DNA of 64,000 nucleotides, taken from positions 22,663 through 86,662 of the forward strand of contig NIVC01001956.1 of the NCBI GenBank assembly GCA_002269645.1, in the 5' to 3' direction. Shown piece after piece: positions 42,853 through 56,196 of the stretch. The notes under the pieces were generated by a model. It was not told the DNA's origin. It searched no databases and was given only the letters and a program-made list of their open reading frames with translations. This DNA is from Macrostomum lignano (taxonomy: Eukaryota). The number at the start of each line of letters is the position of its first letter. Within the stretch, counting starts at the first letter, position 1. A program made the translations under genes and the position numbers.

Positions 42853-43237
42853 TTTTCACCTGGAAGTAAAAAGGCTAATCAAAGCTTTTCTGCTTTTCGA
42901 TTCCCAGTCTCGATGCTCCGACGCCAGATGATTCAACTCTATTTTGGACATTTTATACCCGAGTTTCTGGGGAATGACATTGCTTTGTATTGCATGAAGC
43001 ACTAAACTGGTCGGCCTTGTATTTACGAGCCTTAATTTTTGATACATTTATATACAGCATTTTGTTGTTCTGGGGCAGAAACACATGGGTGTACATTTCC
43101 AGGTGTGCAAAAGAAGTGGAAATTGTACACCATGCGCTACACAATAGAAGTTTCAACATTCCTGATACTGTAAGAAAATTTAATTATTATCAAAATATCC
43201 GCGTTGAGCTTTTAATATTTCATTCGATAGAGCATCC

Positions 43238-43485
<248 letters not shown>

Positions 43486-44151
43486 ATGTGTGCCAGCCTT
43501 CCCCATTTGCGCAATATAGTGTTGAAAAGTTACCAGCCGTAATTATCATTATTTACGAGCGGAATATTAAACTTTTAAATATATTTAAGGCGGATAACAG
43601 CGCTAAGTACGAGGATGTTATTAAAATTATCACACTAATTAGTATTTTTAGAGCATTTTTGGGAAATCTGTCAACGCTGTCGTTAAAAAATATTATTAGT
43701 CTCCATTGTAGTGATAAAAAGGCTTACTGCGGCATCCGTGTGCTGCCTATTGTAAAATATGTACAAATATTTCCTTATATGATGGTGTAATGATTATCAG
43801 AAATAGAAACGCCTTTTAAGAGAAAAGATACTCGAGTAGTTGATAAAAACGGATGAACAAGTTGCATAAATATCTAATGAATTTCGAACAGTATTAACAG
43901 TGATGATAGAAGGCAGAAAAAGTGTCGGTGCAATGTTTACGACAAAAGTTCTCTGTGAAGAAGCTCAGCCCTAGGGCAGCGTTGAGTTCTAATCATGAGC
44001 ACATCGGGCACCAATCAGAAGCTAATAGTCGAGTCCAGCTTCAACTCGAGGCAACATTCGGCAGATGCTGTTCTTCAGCCACTGCATCGAAGCGAGCAGC
44101 TCAGCTGAGTCCGGCTCCTGCTGGGTGGCACTCAGCTGGAGATGCGGTGGT

Positions 44152-45891
44152 TCAGGTAATCCAGTGGCGTCTTCCTAAAGCGGTCCTTGGCATGAAGACC
44201 AATGAGGTCGGACTGGTGCTTCTCGCCACGCAGCTGATCAAGCATTGCACCATCTGAATGGCAGCGGTGGTGTCCAGACACTTCGCAAACGCGTAGTGAA
44301 AGTGATTCGTGCGCTCGCTAACGCAGCAGCACAGCTGAGTCGGTCCCGCATCAAAGTCGATGAGAAGCGACAGCAGGTCAGCGCGGCGCATCTTCAGGCA
44401 CAGCGAAAGCGGCGTCTGCAGAACAGAGGAGAAAAAGCGATTGAAAGTTTGAAGGCAGCAGTTGCTAGTTTCCACAGCAACGTTAGTGCGACCAAGTTCA
44501 ATCTCTAAGAACACGTTGTAAAGAAAAGTACTTATACCAGTAGCGCTGTCAAGTGCATTGATCTTTACTATACAGACTAGCAACAAGTTCCTTTATCGTT
44601 AGGAGGCAACGAATGAAAGAAAAATACTTAATTTCCCATAAAAAACTCTTTGTGAATTTTGTAATTTTTAAAAATGAATAGCCCAACAATTTTAAACAAA
44701 GCGCCTCTCAACTCACGTGCCCACAGATATTAACCATGTTGATTATTGGTAGCAGCTTCTTCTGCCTTTTGAGGTTGCAAAGCAGAAAGTCGACTGCCTC
44801 ACGTGGTTGACTTTGCAGTACGGCCGTGTGAAGCTGACTGCAGTGCGAGCAGGTGTTTACACAGGTTTATGAGATTGCTATCGTGTGCTGGAAACCATGT
44901 TATCTGATTTCATGGGTCAGTAATAAATTTTGCTTACTTTGCCACATCAATAATCTACATATAGCTGGGAGACTAAACGCGAGGACGCTATTTTCAGCAA
45001 CATCTTCAGTCTGCTGCAGGCCGCGTGCAGTAGAAATGCATGTACATACATTGGGCCGGGTAAACATCAGTATCATTCGAGTAAATAGCTGCTATCATAT
45101 TTCGAGCTGCTTCTGAGCAACGAGAAGCTTGTTGGTATGAGATGATACAAGCTAGGTTAATATTCCTTAGGACTTCTGTAACCGACTAAATCTACTGACA
45201 AAACAAAACCAGTGTGCTAAAAACGCAAGACTTACCTATTGAAATTCTCATCAACAAGAATAGATTGGGGATTGAGCTTTTTAATTAGTGCCAGGCGCGT
45301 TTGCTCAGACACTGGCGCCTTGCTCGGACCAGAGCGGGACTCGGCAGCCGGCGGTGCCGGCGGCGGCGGTGGCGGCGGTGGTGGTGGCGGCTGCGCGGGG
45401 ACCATCATTGGAGCGTTGATGATGATGTCCGCCCTGCTACCTGGCATGCAGGCGCCTCCGCTCGGTGGTCCCGGATCCGTAGGTCCGTTCAACAGCTCCA
45501 GCAGGCTTTCAAAACCTTCGCCCGTGTCGTCGAAGCCTTGCGCCTGCGGTTGCGTACGCTGAATTAGCTGCTGCTGCTGCTGAACAGCTCCTTCCCACTG
45601 TTGGTAGGGCGAATGCATGCCTCGCCCTTGTGGTGTTACCGGGCTTGAAACATGCTGCTGCTGCTGCTGCTGCTGCTGCACCAGCTGGCTGGGTTGCAGC
45701 GCGCCCGAAACGGAAACTCCCGACCGGGGCCGCGCCGGCTGCCTCAGTCGCTCGGCTGCTTTGCCGGACTGTTCCAGGCGCTTTGGTTGCTTGGTGTAAA
45801 GATGCTGCACAAACTCCGCATGCTCCTCATCGGTTATTTGCAGCTCACCAATTCCAGCTTCCAAATTCGATGATGTACACGCATCAGACAT
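44152..45891 (-). CDS. Ankyrin-repeat protein copy 3 (poly-Q/poly-P N-terminus); 1-nt frameshift in the last exon (truncation or assembly error)
   Basis: Exons 45236-45891, 44717-44837 (121 nt, QLHTAVLQ...INMVNICGH) and 44415 downward (TPLSLCLKMRRADLLSLLIDFDA). After ~44225 the homologous KHQSDLIGLHAKDRFRKTPLDYLN lies in a shifted frame. Confidence 0.75.
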
Positions 45892-46389
45892 CGTTATCGA
45901 GCTACTTTCTTTTCCGCTGATTACGAGCTAGCTGTTGCTTTGGCAGACTGTTGCAGATGCTTCGGGCTCATTTGGAAGTTCTGCTTCATGCGCTACTTAT
46001 GCGGTTGTTGACAGAGGGGCAGAGAGCCAACGAGTGAGGCGGACCAGAGACACACCTGGATGCGCAGGATAGGCCAGTCAGTGCAAGATAGTTGAAGACT
46101 GTACATTCATTGTGCAAATTTCGAACCATTTTTCTCTAATGCGTACAGACAGCCTCAATTAAGCTATGCGCCCTCCGCGTGGTCAACAAAGTTGTTGTAA
46201 AGCAGGATTTAAATGCTCTCTACAAAAAAATAGCTTACTCCTATAACACTAAGATAGACACTCGTATGGCCAAAGAGAAACTGCGGGTAGCTCGTGAACC
46301 TTTTATTGTGAGCAGAACGTAAAAAGAATGCCTTTGTGCTCTGCTATACTTATACTGCTTCCTCGCTCTCGGCCGCAACCAGAAAATCA

Positions 46390-48130
46390 GACTAGCCATG
46401 TCAGATTACGGTTGCCTTTAAAGCGCCAACCAATGCCAGTCGCCTGGTAATCATCCGGATGAATCGCCACACTTCTGTGCGATGCGACAAATAAAGCTTT
46501 GCCATGAACCAGCCCTTGCTGATAGAGGCTGCAACCTTCTTGTCGGACTCAAACCTGGGGCTCAGCTTCTTCGTATAACTGTCACTGACCGAGTAGCCGA
46601 GAGGCGTGCTGCAGTCGTGAATAGGGCGAACCTTACCATTATCCTTTGGAATAGCTCCCAGAGGGCTGAACATCGTAGGCTGACCACCACGTACCTGCCA
46701 TTCTCAATCTCTTCCTTAATTTGCAGCTCAACAGCGCGGTAGACATGCAGCAGTAGACGTATAATTGGCATTAAAAGTCTCACAATGCTCTTTGCCATCA
46801 GTAATACGAAAACCATTTGCGATGCCGTCTAGGATCAAATTCCTATCAAGGTCATTTTCAAGTTCAGAATCCCACGAGCAGGGACACAGGCTACTCCTGC
46901 ACTGCCAACGACAGGATTGTTAAAGTTTAAAGCATTAAGCACAAATTTAGGATTAAACCAGAGCATCGCAGAGTTCAGTATTTTGTCGAATGGATGGCCT
47001 CAGGGTGGGCCTCAAAACAGATACGGCAGACATGCCAGAATTTTCAGCTTGACCGGAAGCACCCCCGGCGATTAAAGTGCAAGCAGATATCTTCCCCGTC
47101 TGGCCGGATCGGAGTTCCAGTTCTGATTGAGTGCTTAGCAACGAGTTGGAAAGACTCCTTGCCCCATCGCATACCAGTTTGAGCTTGCCTATTGTGCGGT
47201 AGTTCTCGTTAAAACGGTTCACCTGCGCTTGGCCGAAGCCCGCGTCAAACAGCTCGCCAATCTGTATTGAGTAGTGTAGATAATTCATCAAATCAGTCGT
47301 GTCGGCAGTTCCATTTCTACTAGTCACCAGGGCACCATCCTTGATAATTTGCATCATCAGCCTGCAATTGCCAATCATATGCTGCGCTGCTGTGATGCTA
47401 TCCAGATTAGGTTTTCTGCTCTTGTAAGTGATTAGGCCACCAGAGTCATTTAGCCAGCACTTTTTCCTGCTCAAAGCTGTCAAGGAAATCACGAATCAGA
47501 AGAGCCTTGCGCCTGCCCGAACACTCCATCCGTTCATTGGCCCTGTTCCGTGACAACAATGTATCAAGCAGCTCATTGCCATTATCTTCCTGGTCTAATC
47601 CTTCATCCCACACTCCAGCAAAGCAACTGAGGCCAGCAGACATGGCATACGCACCGCGATTGATAGGTCTCCGATCTCCCTCTTGAGTCTGGCGGCTTCC
47701 TTGCGTAGCTGCAACAGTCTGATCACCTCCGCCTTCGCGATGTCCTCGTCCAGGCCCACCGCCGACTCCCGAGCCGCCTCCGCACTGATGTTATCGTCTG
47801 CATCAACTTCTTGCTCAGACTGTTCCATGTTCTGCAGTTTCTAATCTGTCCACGACTGGTCGGGGGCCGCGAGCAAGGAGCTGACCATGGGTCAGCTTTA
47901 TTGCCGTGACTGCTTACGCTGGCGTGGGCACACAAGGCTTGCAGAGCCACCTTGCTCAGGTGCATGGGTTTCTCGTGGTCAACCATGGCAAAAAATCGAT
48001 ACACACTTGGCGGGCAAGAGGCCGCCCGCCCGCGCTAAATAAAGGCCCCCAAACCGGCACCTGACCTAGGCACAGCCCACCCCCCCTTGGATTGCACAAG
48101 AGCACGCCACACTGGTTTAACACCCAACCA
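46390..48130 (-). mobile_element. Decayed Ngaro/DIRS-order (tyrosine-recombinase class) retrotransposon: gag-like ORF1 and N-terminal RT fragment
   Basis: Frameshifted pieces: KALLIRDFL, KPNLDSITAAQHMIGNCRLM...YLHYSIQIGELF...FNENYR (ORF1-like), and KEEIENGRY...SPLGAIPKDNGKVRPIHDCS (DIRS-type RT start). Truncated before the YxDD motif; no recombinase seen. Confidence 0.72.
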
Positions 48131-48362
48131 AGCTACGCCCGTTCGGACCACTCAACCGAGTATTCTGTCATCAGATTAAACAGTCGCAATCGGAAGTATT
48201 TGTTTTGAACATAAACCTGAGCATAACACAGCTTTCAAGAAATTGAAAACGAAAGTGTTAAGACGTGCTTATTACATGTGTATTCAATAAACATCAATGT
48301 CGGGACAGTTTGCACACCTGCTGAGGCGGCAATGAATTGCTTTTACGAGCTAGTTTGTCTCA

Positions 48363-51300
48363 TCAGATCAGTGCAGATTCTGATTTGAACGCTCTGACTG
48401 TCTCTGCAGTTGCAGTGCACCCGAGATTGCCAGGTAGATCCCACAGCTGCAGGTAGCCGTCCTCCGTTGCGGCAACTATTGACGCATCCTTGAAGGCGAA
48501 TGCGATGGCAGTCGGTTGATGGCCAGCAAGAAGCACCGGTACGACGGCCAGAGGGCCCTGTGGGAATGCAGAAATGGAATTTTACACAGGTAAGAGAGCG
48601 TCATTGCGTTTTTCAGAAACCCCTAATTTGTTTTATCCGACGTTTGAGTGAAAGTGAATAACAATTAAGTGCCTGTAGCCCAGTGGTCTAGCGCGGCCAG
48701 CTAGACCAGCGGCTAGACCAGCGGCACAAGTGCGGTCACATGAATCACAATATACTAAATCTCCAAGATCTGTCTGACCGGTATTTCAGTCTACAGCCTG
48801 AATGCCTGAACCAATTTTTTTAAGCCCTAACGATAAACTAATTTAGGGCTGCTGTACACTCCTGTGTGAATGTGTGCCTGTGCGTATGACTGCGTACATA
48901 TCCGCGCGCTTGTGTGACTGCTCAGGGGAGTCGGCAGAATGGGCAGTAGTCCCTTTCGCCGGTTGTGTGACAATTTCGCTTAAAGTGCACCGGGGATGCA
49001 CACACTGAACTAAACAAGAATAACAATGAATGAAAGTGAGGACAGGGTTGTTAATGTGGTTAGGAGCATAAAATGGCGAGCATCGGCAGCATTGGAAATG
49101 TGTTTAAAAGTCCTTAGCCATTCACTAGTGGAAGGAATCGAAATGAATCTCAGTATTGGACCGCTATATCAATACCGGAATCACAGACAATTCCTCATTA
49201 CGTTTTGCTTTTTCTTCAATGATTCTACACTCATACTCATTGCAGGTCCAATGGTGGCTTCCGAAGGCGAAACCGCCGCTCTGATAATCCGCTCTACCGG
49301 CACTCTAGTGGCTTAAGTTGGTATAAGGGCCGCGGCCCCTGGTTCGATTCCGCATTTGAGGCTTTTTTGAGGCTTGTGCACAAAAATTGGGCGGAGGCTT
49401 GTCGTGCAATTCACAGCCATGAGGGCCAGCTCCCAAGGCACAGAGAGTGTACATCTCTGACGATTAGAAATTCAGGGCCTCGTACACCCTGTGTGAGCGT
49501 GTGTATGAGTGCATGTCTACGTACAGTATTGGTGCACTTGTGTGTGCTCGTTGTAGGATCATGTCGCCCAATGCGTTGCGCCAGGGTGCCAACAAACCTG
49601 CAAATATTTTTTCGGCATAAGATCCCAAGATCCCAAGATCCAAATTCATTGAGGCAGAATAAGACGAAGATATAAATTACACTCACTACTATCGGTTAAA
49701 TAATGGCATCCGAAGTAAGTCCGATAGAAAAACCGCAGCTCTGATAGACCTTTTTCGAACTAGTATATTGATATCTCTTTGTGTTGTGCCGCGCCTTCCA
49801 GTCTTACCCTGCTGTTCTTCTGTCCCCTTGTTTTTGTGCTTTTGTGCTGCCCCACCTCGTCTCCCGTCTCGTGCTCGTGCCTGGGTCTGTGAGAGGCGTA
49901 AGCCTCACCCTCACACCTGGCCTAGCCCTTTTTTCTGCGCCCAGTCTGGCCCCTTTCCAATCGGTGCGCGTGCCCCACCCCTCCCTCTTTGCCCCACCCC
50001 TCCCTCTTTGCCCCACCCCTCCCTCTTTGCCCCACCCCACCCTGGGCTGCTCGCATTGGCTGGCGGGCTGATAAGCCACCAGTGGGGCCTCGGGGGTTGG
50101 CTCACCCCCGACCCGTCTACTCTTCACTGCTGATTTTGCGCTCCACTATTCTGGTTTTTGCTGCCGCTCTCGGCCAAGTGCGTTTCGTTGTCGTCTCGGT
50201 TCATTCGTTGTTTAAAACTTTATTAAATAGACACTATCCGCTCGGTCGCGGTCTTTCGAATTGAAAGCCAGAGGTGAGCTCGTGCTTCTTTCTTCTCCTG
50301 AGTTTGCCTGGGATTGAGTGACGGACCTGGGATCGGCGCACTCTCGCACTCTCGTCCCGGGGCGATTGGCCAGGGCGAACTCTCGCCGGGTCAGTCAGGG
50401 CCAGGTAGGGTTGGGGCTGGGACCTGGACGTCTCTGGCGGAAGGGCCCGCTCTTCATTCCGTCCGTCGGCCATTAGGCCAAGACACGAAATATGCAACAA
50501 GATGTTTCATATACTTTGGTTTTGCGATAAGTTACAAAACGAGAGATATGTAATCTAATGCGCACTCGTAAAAAGTCCTATTGTGAAGCGAACTGTTCTG
50601 ATAAGCTCGAATTTTTTGTCACGCATGAACTATTGGTAAAAGAAGGTGCTAAAAAACCAATTGAAAATTCACCTTGCGGCTCGGATAGGTGTAAATTTCC
50701 ACTTGCCCAGCTTCGTTGCACAAGCCTAGCAGGCGGCCATTCGCAGATAGCGCCGAGCAGCGGACCGTTTGACCTTCTGATGTCCTGTCAGTCGTGTAGC
50801 AAAGGGATTCGCTTGCGAAGGTCCCATTGCTGCCTCCGTTAGACGAACATGAATGCAGATCTGGCGCTGACCCTGCGTGTCGTTATCGGCGATGCTTATA
50901 AGCTTTTAAATGTGCGTCCAGTAGTGAGATTCCAACTTGCAATATCTCAGTTCCCAATTCAAATTAACAATCAGTGTGCAACGTATTTCTATTTTCTATG
51001 CTACACCTATAAATGATAACAACTTCATTTTTTCACCTCACATTCTATTTATGCTACTCGTTAGTAGGTGATCTCTCATGAAATGATGAAGGTTTATGCA
51101 TGGTGATGGTGATAATAGCATGCAAAACATCAATGTCATAATCCGACCTTCTGCTAATCTGATAGTTAAAGACCTGCATTCATTTGAGGTTGGAGCAGCC
51201 AAGGAAGCAATACGGAAAGAATTTTTTATATTAAGTTTTTTTATATATAGTTGTCCTCCTAGTGAAGTGTTTTCTTCCCCACTGGATGCTCTATTTATTT

Positions 51301-54300
51301 TGATAAGTCTGACATCCACTTACAAAGTTTGACCAGCAGATCCTGGCACTGGCTCCGCAGCAGGCAGCCAGTCGCAGACCAGTCCAGACTGAGAACGGGT
51401 GCCGCATGGCTCTCCGCGATCACTGAGACAGCCGCATTGGAAAGTGCATTGGGGAAGAATTTGTCGGCCGTGCCCAACAGGCGCAGACTGCCGTCCTGGC
51501 ATCCGACGGCCAGAGTGGCTCCATCTGGGAGTTATTTGTTATTTTTGAGGATGATACTTTAAAGACAGTTATAGCCACAATTTCGATTATCAAATCTCTT
51601 ACCTGGACTAAAAGACAATGCTGTAACGCCAGTATCTACAATTTTACCGTAGATATTGATTCAAATGTAGTCGTAGCTTATAGAGGGTCATTTTTTTACG
51701 ACCCTACGCATAAGTGACTTCATCAAAACAAAACTCACTAGGCCTCTCGCTGATCGTGCAGGAAGACGTCAGCTGCCCTGTCTCGCTGTCCAGCACCAAA
51801 ATCTGCCCGTTTGCAGCTCCCACCGCTAGATGCTGACCGTCTGGTGACCGCCAGCTGACGCACTTCAATGCCACCACCACAGTTGTCGGCGCAGCCTCTG
51901 ACGTCGTCGTAGAAAAAGGCGCTGGTATGCGCCAAAGCCGACGCCGACGCGACCAGCCACAGGCGCAGCCATCCGTGCCAACTGTGACGCATTCTACTCG
52001 GCCTCGGGTTGAACTTGCGGGACGAGTTGCTATGGCAACTGTGCCGGAAACGGTGTGGGCCCGCCCTGCCAGACGGACGAAGCCATCAACTAGGGAACCC
52101 TCGAGGAGGTCGCCAGATGCGGTGCTTAAAGCGAGGCGGCCATCGGAGCCAAGGGAAGCCACCGAAACCAAAGCTGAGAGGGTCGGCGACAGCGAATGCA
52201 GCTGAAGGCAGGGATTATGGTAGGTATTTTTTAACTTTTTATTTTGGTTTCTTTAACTTCAAGGCTACATTTTAGGCTATCAATACCAACTGCAGTTACT
52301 GCAAAGCTTCACTCACAATGGTCTCCTTCACCAGATTGTAGTCGTTTAGAGTGTCCCAGACTCGGACACAATTGCCAGCTGCGGATACGAGAGTGCCGTC
52401 AGGTAGGGCCTGCAGGCATGTCACAGGACCCTGCAGGATGTTGTGATACGTGAGTTTTTGCGCAGCGAAATCTATTTTTCCCATTGTTTCTTCCCTCCTG
52501 TCCTACCGAATGCGCCGGGTCAGACAGAGCCACAAACTCCTGCGGCTGGAACGAGTCATCGCTGCTTCGAGCCCAAACTCGCAGACGTCCGTCGGAGCCG
52601 CCGGCAACGGCGTTGCCAGCCAAGTCGAAGGTGAGGCACAGTAGCTGGGGTTGCACTGCCAATGACAAACTCGACGAGGGGAAGCCACCGCCGCTCTTTG
52701 TGTCAAGCAGCAGCGCCTCGCCGCCGAAAAGCCTCCAAAAGTGCGTATGACCCCGGCCGACTGAGGCCACTCCGTCGAAGACTTCTTCGCCATCAAAGCT
52801 CTCGTCCTCGATGTCGCTCTCCGCTTTGATGCTCGGTCTGAAGACGGCTCTTCGAACGTTTCGGCCGTCAGTCTTTGTTCGGGCCAGCGTAAGTCCTGTC
52901 GGCCAGTCGTAAATCACCAACGATTGACGGGCGACAGTTTCACCATCGTTGACTTCGCTTGAGTCGCTTCTGCTCTCAACAGCCAGAAGTAGTTCCCCAT
53001 CGGAAGAGAAGTTGAGCGACACTGTCGCGACAAGACGCTCTTCGCCGAGAACAACAAGCGTGGCAAGGCTGGATGCATCCCAGACGCGGATGTTGTTGGC
53101 TCCGTTGAAGTCGTTGGCCTCGTCCAGTTCTGGCAACTGCCTGACGCGCTGACCGCTGGCTACGATTGGACGGCTTGTATGACACTCGAGACTGGGTTGA
53201 GAGGGAAAATCAGAAACTAAATTCAGCCTATTCATGCGCACGCATCAGCCTTTTATCACAATATGATCCAAAAAGCGCCTCCTACCACAGAATGCTGCTG
53301 GTGTGTCCGGTATAGTGCCTTTGCCGCCGCCTGTCGGGGCTGAGCAGGACGGCCACTGAGGTTACCGCGAATACCAGCGAGCCATCTGGGAGAGCTTGAA
53401 GGCAGCCAGACAGGGAATTAACTGGGCCATGTAGCCAGTGCAGAGTCGGACTGCTTCCGTTCCTAAGTGAGCCAAATTCTGACGCTGCAATTTTTGTGTC
53501 GGATGTGATCAGTTGTTGGATAGTTGGCTGGACAAAAAATCTAAGAATGGCGATGTAACCTAAGGATCTCAAAGAGAGGCAATGGCCCAGACTGAGGATC
53601 TGCGAGGATGAGCGGGAGCAACCCTGAGATGGCGGGGCTTTCATTCCAACGTGCCGGACCCATACAGTTGCTGCAGCTCACCCGACTGAGAATTTTTAGA
53701 CACTTTGCCAACCGATTGAGCTCGAGATAAGTCGGGCCTTGGCACTGGTTGCAGCTGACCAGACCGGGTGCTCTTTGCCGTCGAGTTGGCTGACGAGTGT
53801 CTTGGACAGTCCGGTAGCATCAGGTGCAAATTGGGGCTGTCGCTGTTCGATCGATGAAAGCTGACGGCAGAGGCATCTGAGCGAATTTGTTTAACTGAAT
53901 TGTTACACAACGACTTTGTTAGAAGCTTGCAAAACGAATTGTGAGTAGAATTTGATTATTAGCACAAGTTAATCAAAACTCTCGTCAGGCTCGATTCAGT
54001 GTGAGTTGGCTAAATGTTAGCAAATCATGGCATTTTCGTTTGGTATGAAAATGAGCAAGAAACGAAGCCGAGTTTGATTTTAGAAGTCTATCATATCAAG
54101 TCACCATCTTCAATACCAGACACTTTATTAACAGCGCAGGTGCACACAGTATAAATAATACTCGTAAATAATATTAAAATATAGCAACAATATTTGTTCT
54201 GCGCCGCCTCAATCAGCTGGATGGTTTATCCTGCGAAAATAGGGAGAATGTACAATCTGAGTTCAAGTTCCGGGATTTGTTACCTTTCATTTAAAAAAGT

Positions 54301-56196
54301 TTTTTACGTACAGTACATACCGTGTTTGTAAAAAGCACAAAATATTGCGACACCAAGGGGTCACAATTTGTAACATTAATTTTACTAACAGCTATCATCG
54401 CATTGTAACTGTGTGGCTGTCTGTTGTGACTGTAATTAACTGTAATTATCAGCTGATACCTGTAGCTAGCTCGTACTTATTGCAAATCCCTGCAAAGTTC
54501 GTACCTGACTGATGCCAGCCGTTCTGTGGATTCGTCCTCGCTGGCGACTTCGCGTCCTGTGAGAAGTCGCTGCTCCGACTGGCTGCCTGAAGTTCCACTG
54601 GCGTGAGCTCCCGACCGCAGGCGATGAAGGTGTCGTGGTCCTTGAACTCACGGAACAATTGAGAGAAGCTTTCCACCTTATTTACAAAGAAAAGGGAAGG
54701 ATTGTCAGGTAATTTAGGCATTTTATTCATGTCTAAGCTTAGCTGAACTATATTAGAATCCATATGAACGCATGAGTCGATTTTTACAGTCAATGCTACC
54801 AACGCTGTCATGTCTGTCTTACGACACGAGACTATGTGCGCGCCATGCTGCCAACACATTCCAAGTCACATTACATGCTGCCAACACATTCCAAGTCACA
54901 TTACATGCTGTCAACACATTCCAAGTCACATTACATGCTGTCAACACATTCCAAGTCACATTACATGCTGTCAACACATTCCAAGTCACATTACATGCTG
55001 CCAACACATTCCATGGCACACTCCATGCTGTCAACACATTCTATGGCACACTACTTCGCGTTGTCAACGAAGCAGCAGACGGCACTGTTGCTTCCCGCAT
55101 TCACTCACCCTGCGGTAGGGGGCAGGGCAGTGTACAGAGCCCGCACTGGAGGCCCCGACATGATCAGCAGGCTGGCAAAGTCTGCCAGAAGGTCCTCAAA
55201 AGTCAGCCTGGTACCGGGATTGAGCAGCACCTTCTCGCGCGAGCCGCGGTGCGAATTGCTCACCACGGTGATCAGCCGGACGCCTCGAGGCCCGCTGGAT
55301 TGCGGCTCAGTCAACGACGAAGCTCCTGTCGGTTGTCGCCGGTTTTGCCGCAGCTGCTGGCTGTGGCGGCTGTCCCGCCTGGCCAGCAGGCGGATGTCGG
55401 ACTGGCGCATCCGGCCAGCCACCGAGCTAGGATCCCGAGCTTCCGGCAGCCAGGGTCGCTCGCCGCTGACTCCCCCAGAGACGCCGCCATCGCCGCCGTA
55501 GTCGATGCCACGAACGAGGCGCCGGACGCTGGACACCGCGTACCGGCCGCCAGGCTGCAGCTCGGCGACGTCGCGGACTGGGCGACCGTCCGGCAATCGG
55601 AGGATGTGCCGCACGCCGGATGTTGTTGGTATTTTCTCCCCGAGCCAGCCCAGCAGCGACTCCATGGACACGAAAGCCTTCTGACTTATGGACGCGTTGA
55701 GGCCTTTGTAGTGCGGATCTCCGTTGCGGAAGAATGTGACCAGACGGCCCCGTCTGGCGCCCACGTGGAGTCCCGTCGGCTGGCCTGAGATGTCTGGGTT
55801 CAAGGTGAGTCCAAGGTAAGAAAAGGGGGATTCCAAGGCGACCTCAAAAGTATCTAGTTGGGGTTTAAGGAGTTTTATAAGATTTCACAATGAATGCGAG
55901 GTGAGTTTGAGGGAGTTCAAAAAGAGTTCAACTTAAGTTATTAATGTGTATTTCAAAGAATTACCTCAAAAAGTTGAAAATAAAAAATCAATAAATGAGA
56001 GCCGATAAGAACTGACAGAAAGTTTTATTATTTAGAGCCCTTGGTTACAGACTTCCTTACGAGCGATTCGAAAGTTGCGAGTTCGCGCAGGCTGTCTATA
56101 CTCACCAGGCAGTATCAAGCGCTGCTCGTTCGACATCGGCTCTGGGAAATAGTTCTCAGAGTCTGAGTCCCTGTAATCCCAATAGCTGGTTGCCAT
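48363..56196 (-). CDS. EMAP-like protein with tandem doublecortin domains (DCX-EMAP architecture), 12 exons, ~1077 aa
   Basis: Exons 56106-56196, 55109-55793 (two DCX: VTFFRNGDPHYKG and LLNPGTRLTFEDLL), 54505-54676, 53682-53876, 53286-53484 (HELP-like LHWLHG..QRHYTGHT), 52507-53191 (IVASGQ, IRVWD, LVIYDW), 52317-52430, 51739-52201, 51603-51635, 51324-51524, 50673-50872, 48363-48557 (LQLWD). All junctions are in phase except 55109/54676, which needs one extra G in the run at 55118-55122. Confidence 0.85.
49299..49465 (+). mobile_element. tRNA-derived SINE-like fragment
   Basis: A-box-like GTGGCTTAAGTTGG (49308-49321) and B-box GGTTCGATTCC (49341-49351), too close together for a full tRNA. The downstream motif ATTCACAGCCATGAGGGCCA..CCCAAGGCA recurs at ~60540-60575. 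Confidence 0.5.
54843..55045. repeat. 30-bp minisatellite (CAACACATTCCAAGTCACATTACATGCTGT)n, ~7 copies, intronic
   Basis: Directly visible. Confidence 0.93.

Noticed and set aside
48671-48730. tRNA gene
   Set aside because: Only an A-box/D-arm-like start; no T-arm or acceptor stem. The 49299 element likewise cannot form a cloverleaf.
54772-55788. 338-aa plus-strand ORF
   Set aside because: Antisense shadow of the GC-rich DCX exon plus the 30-bp repeat.
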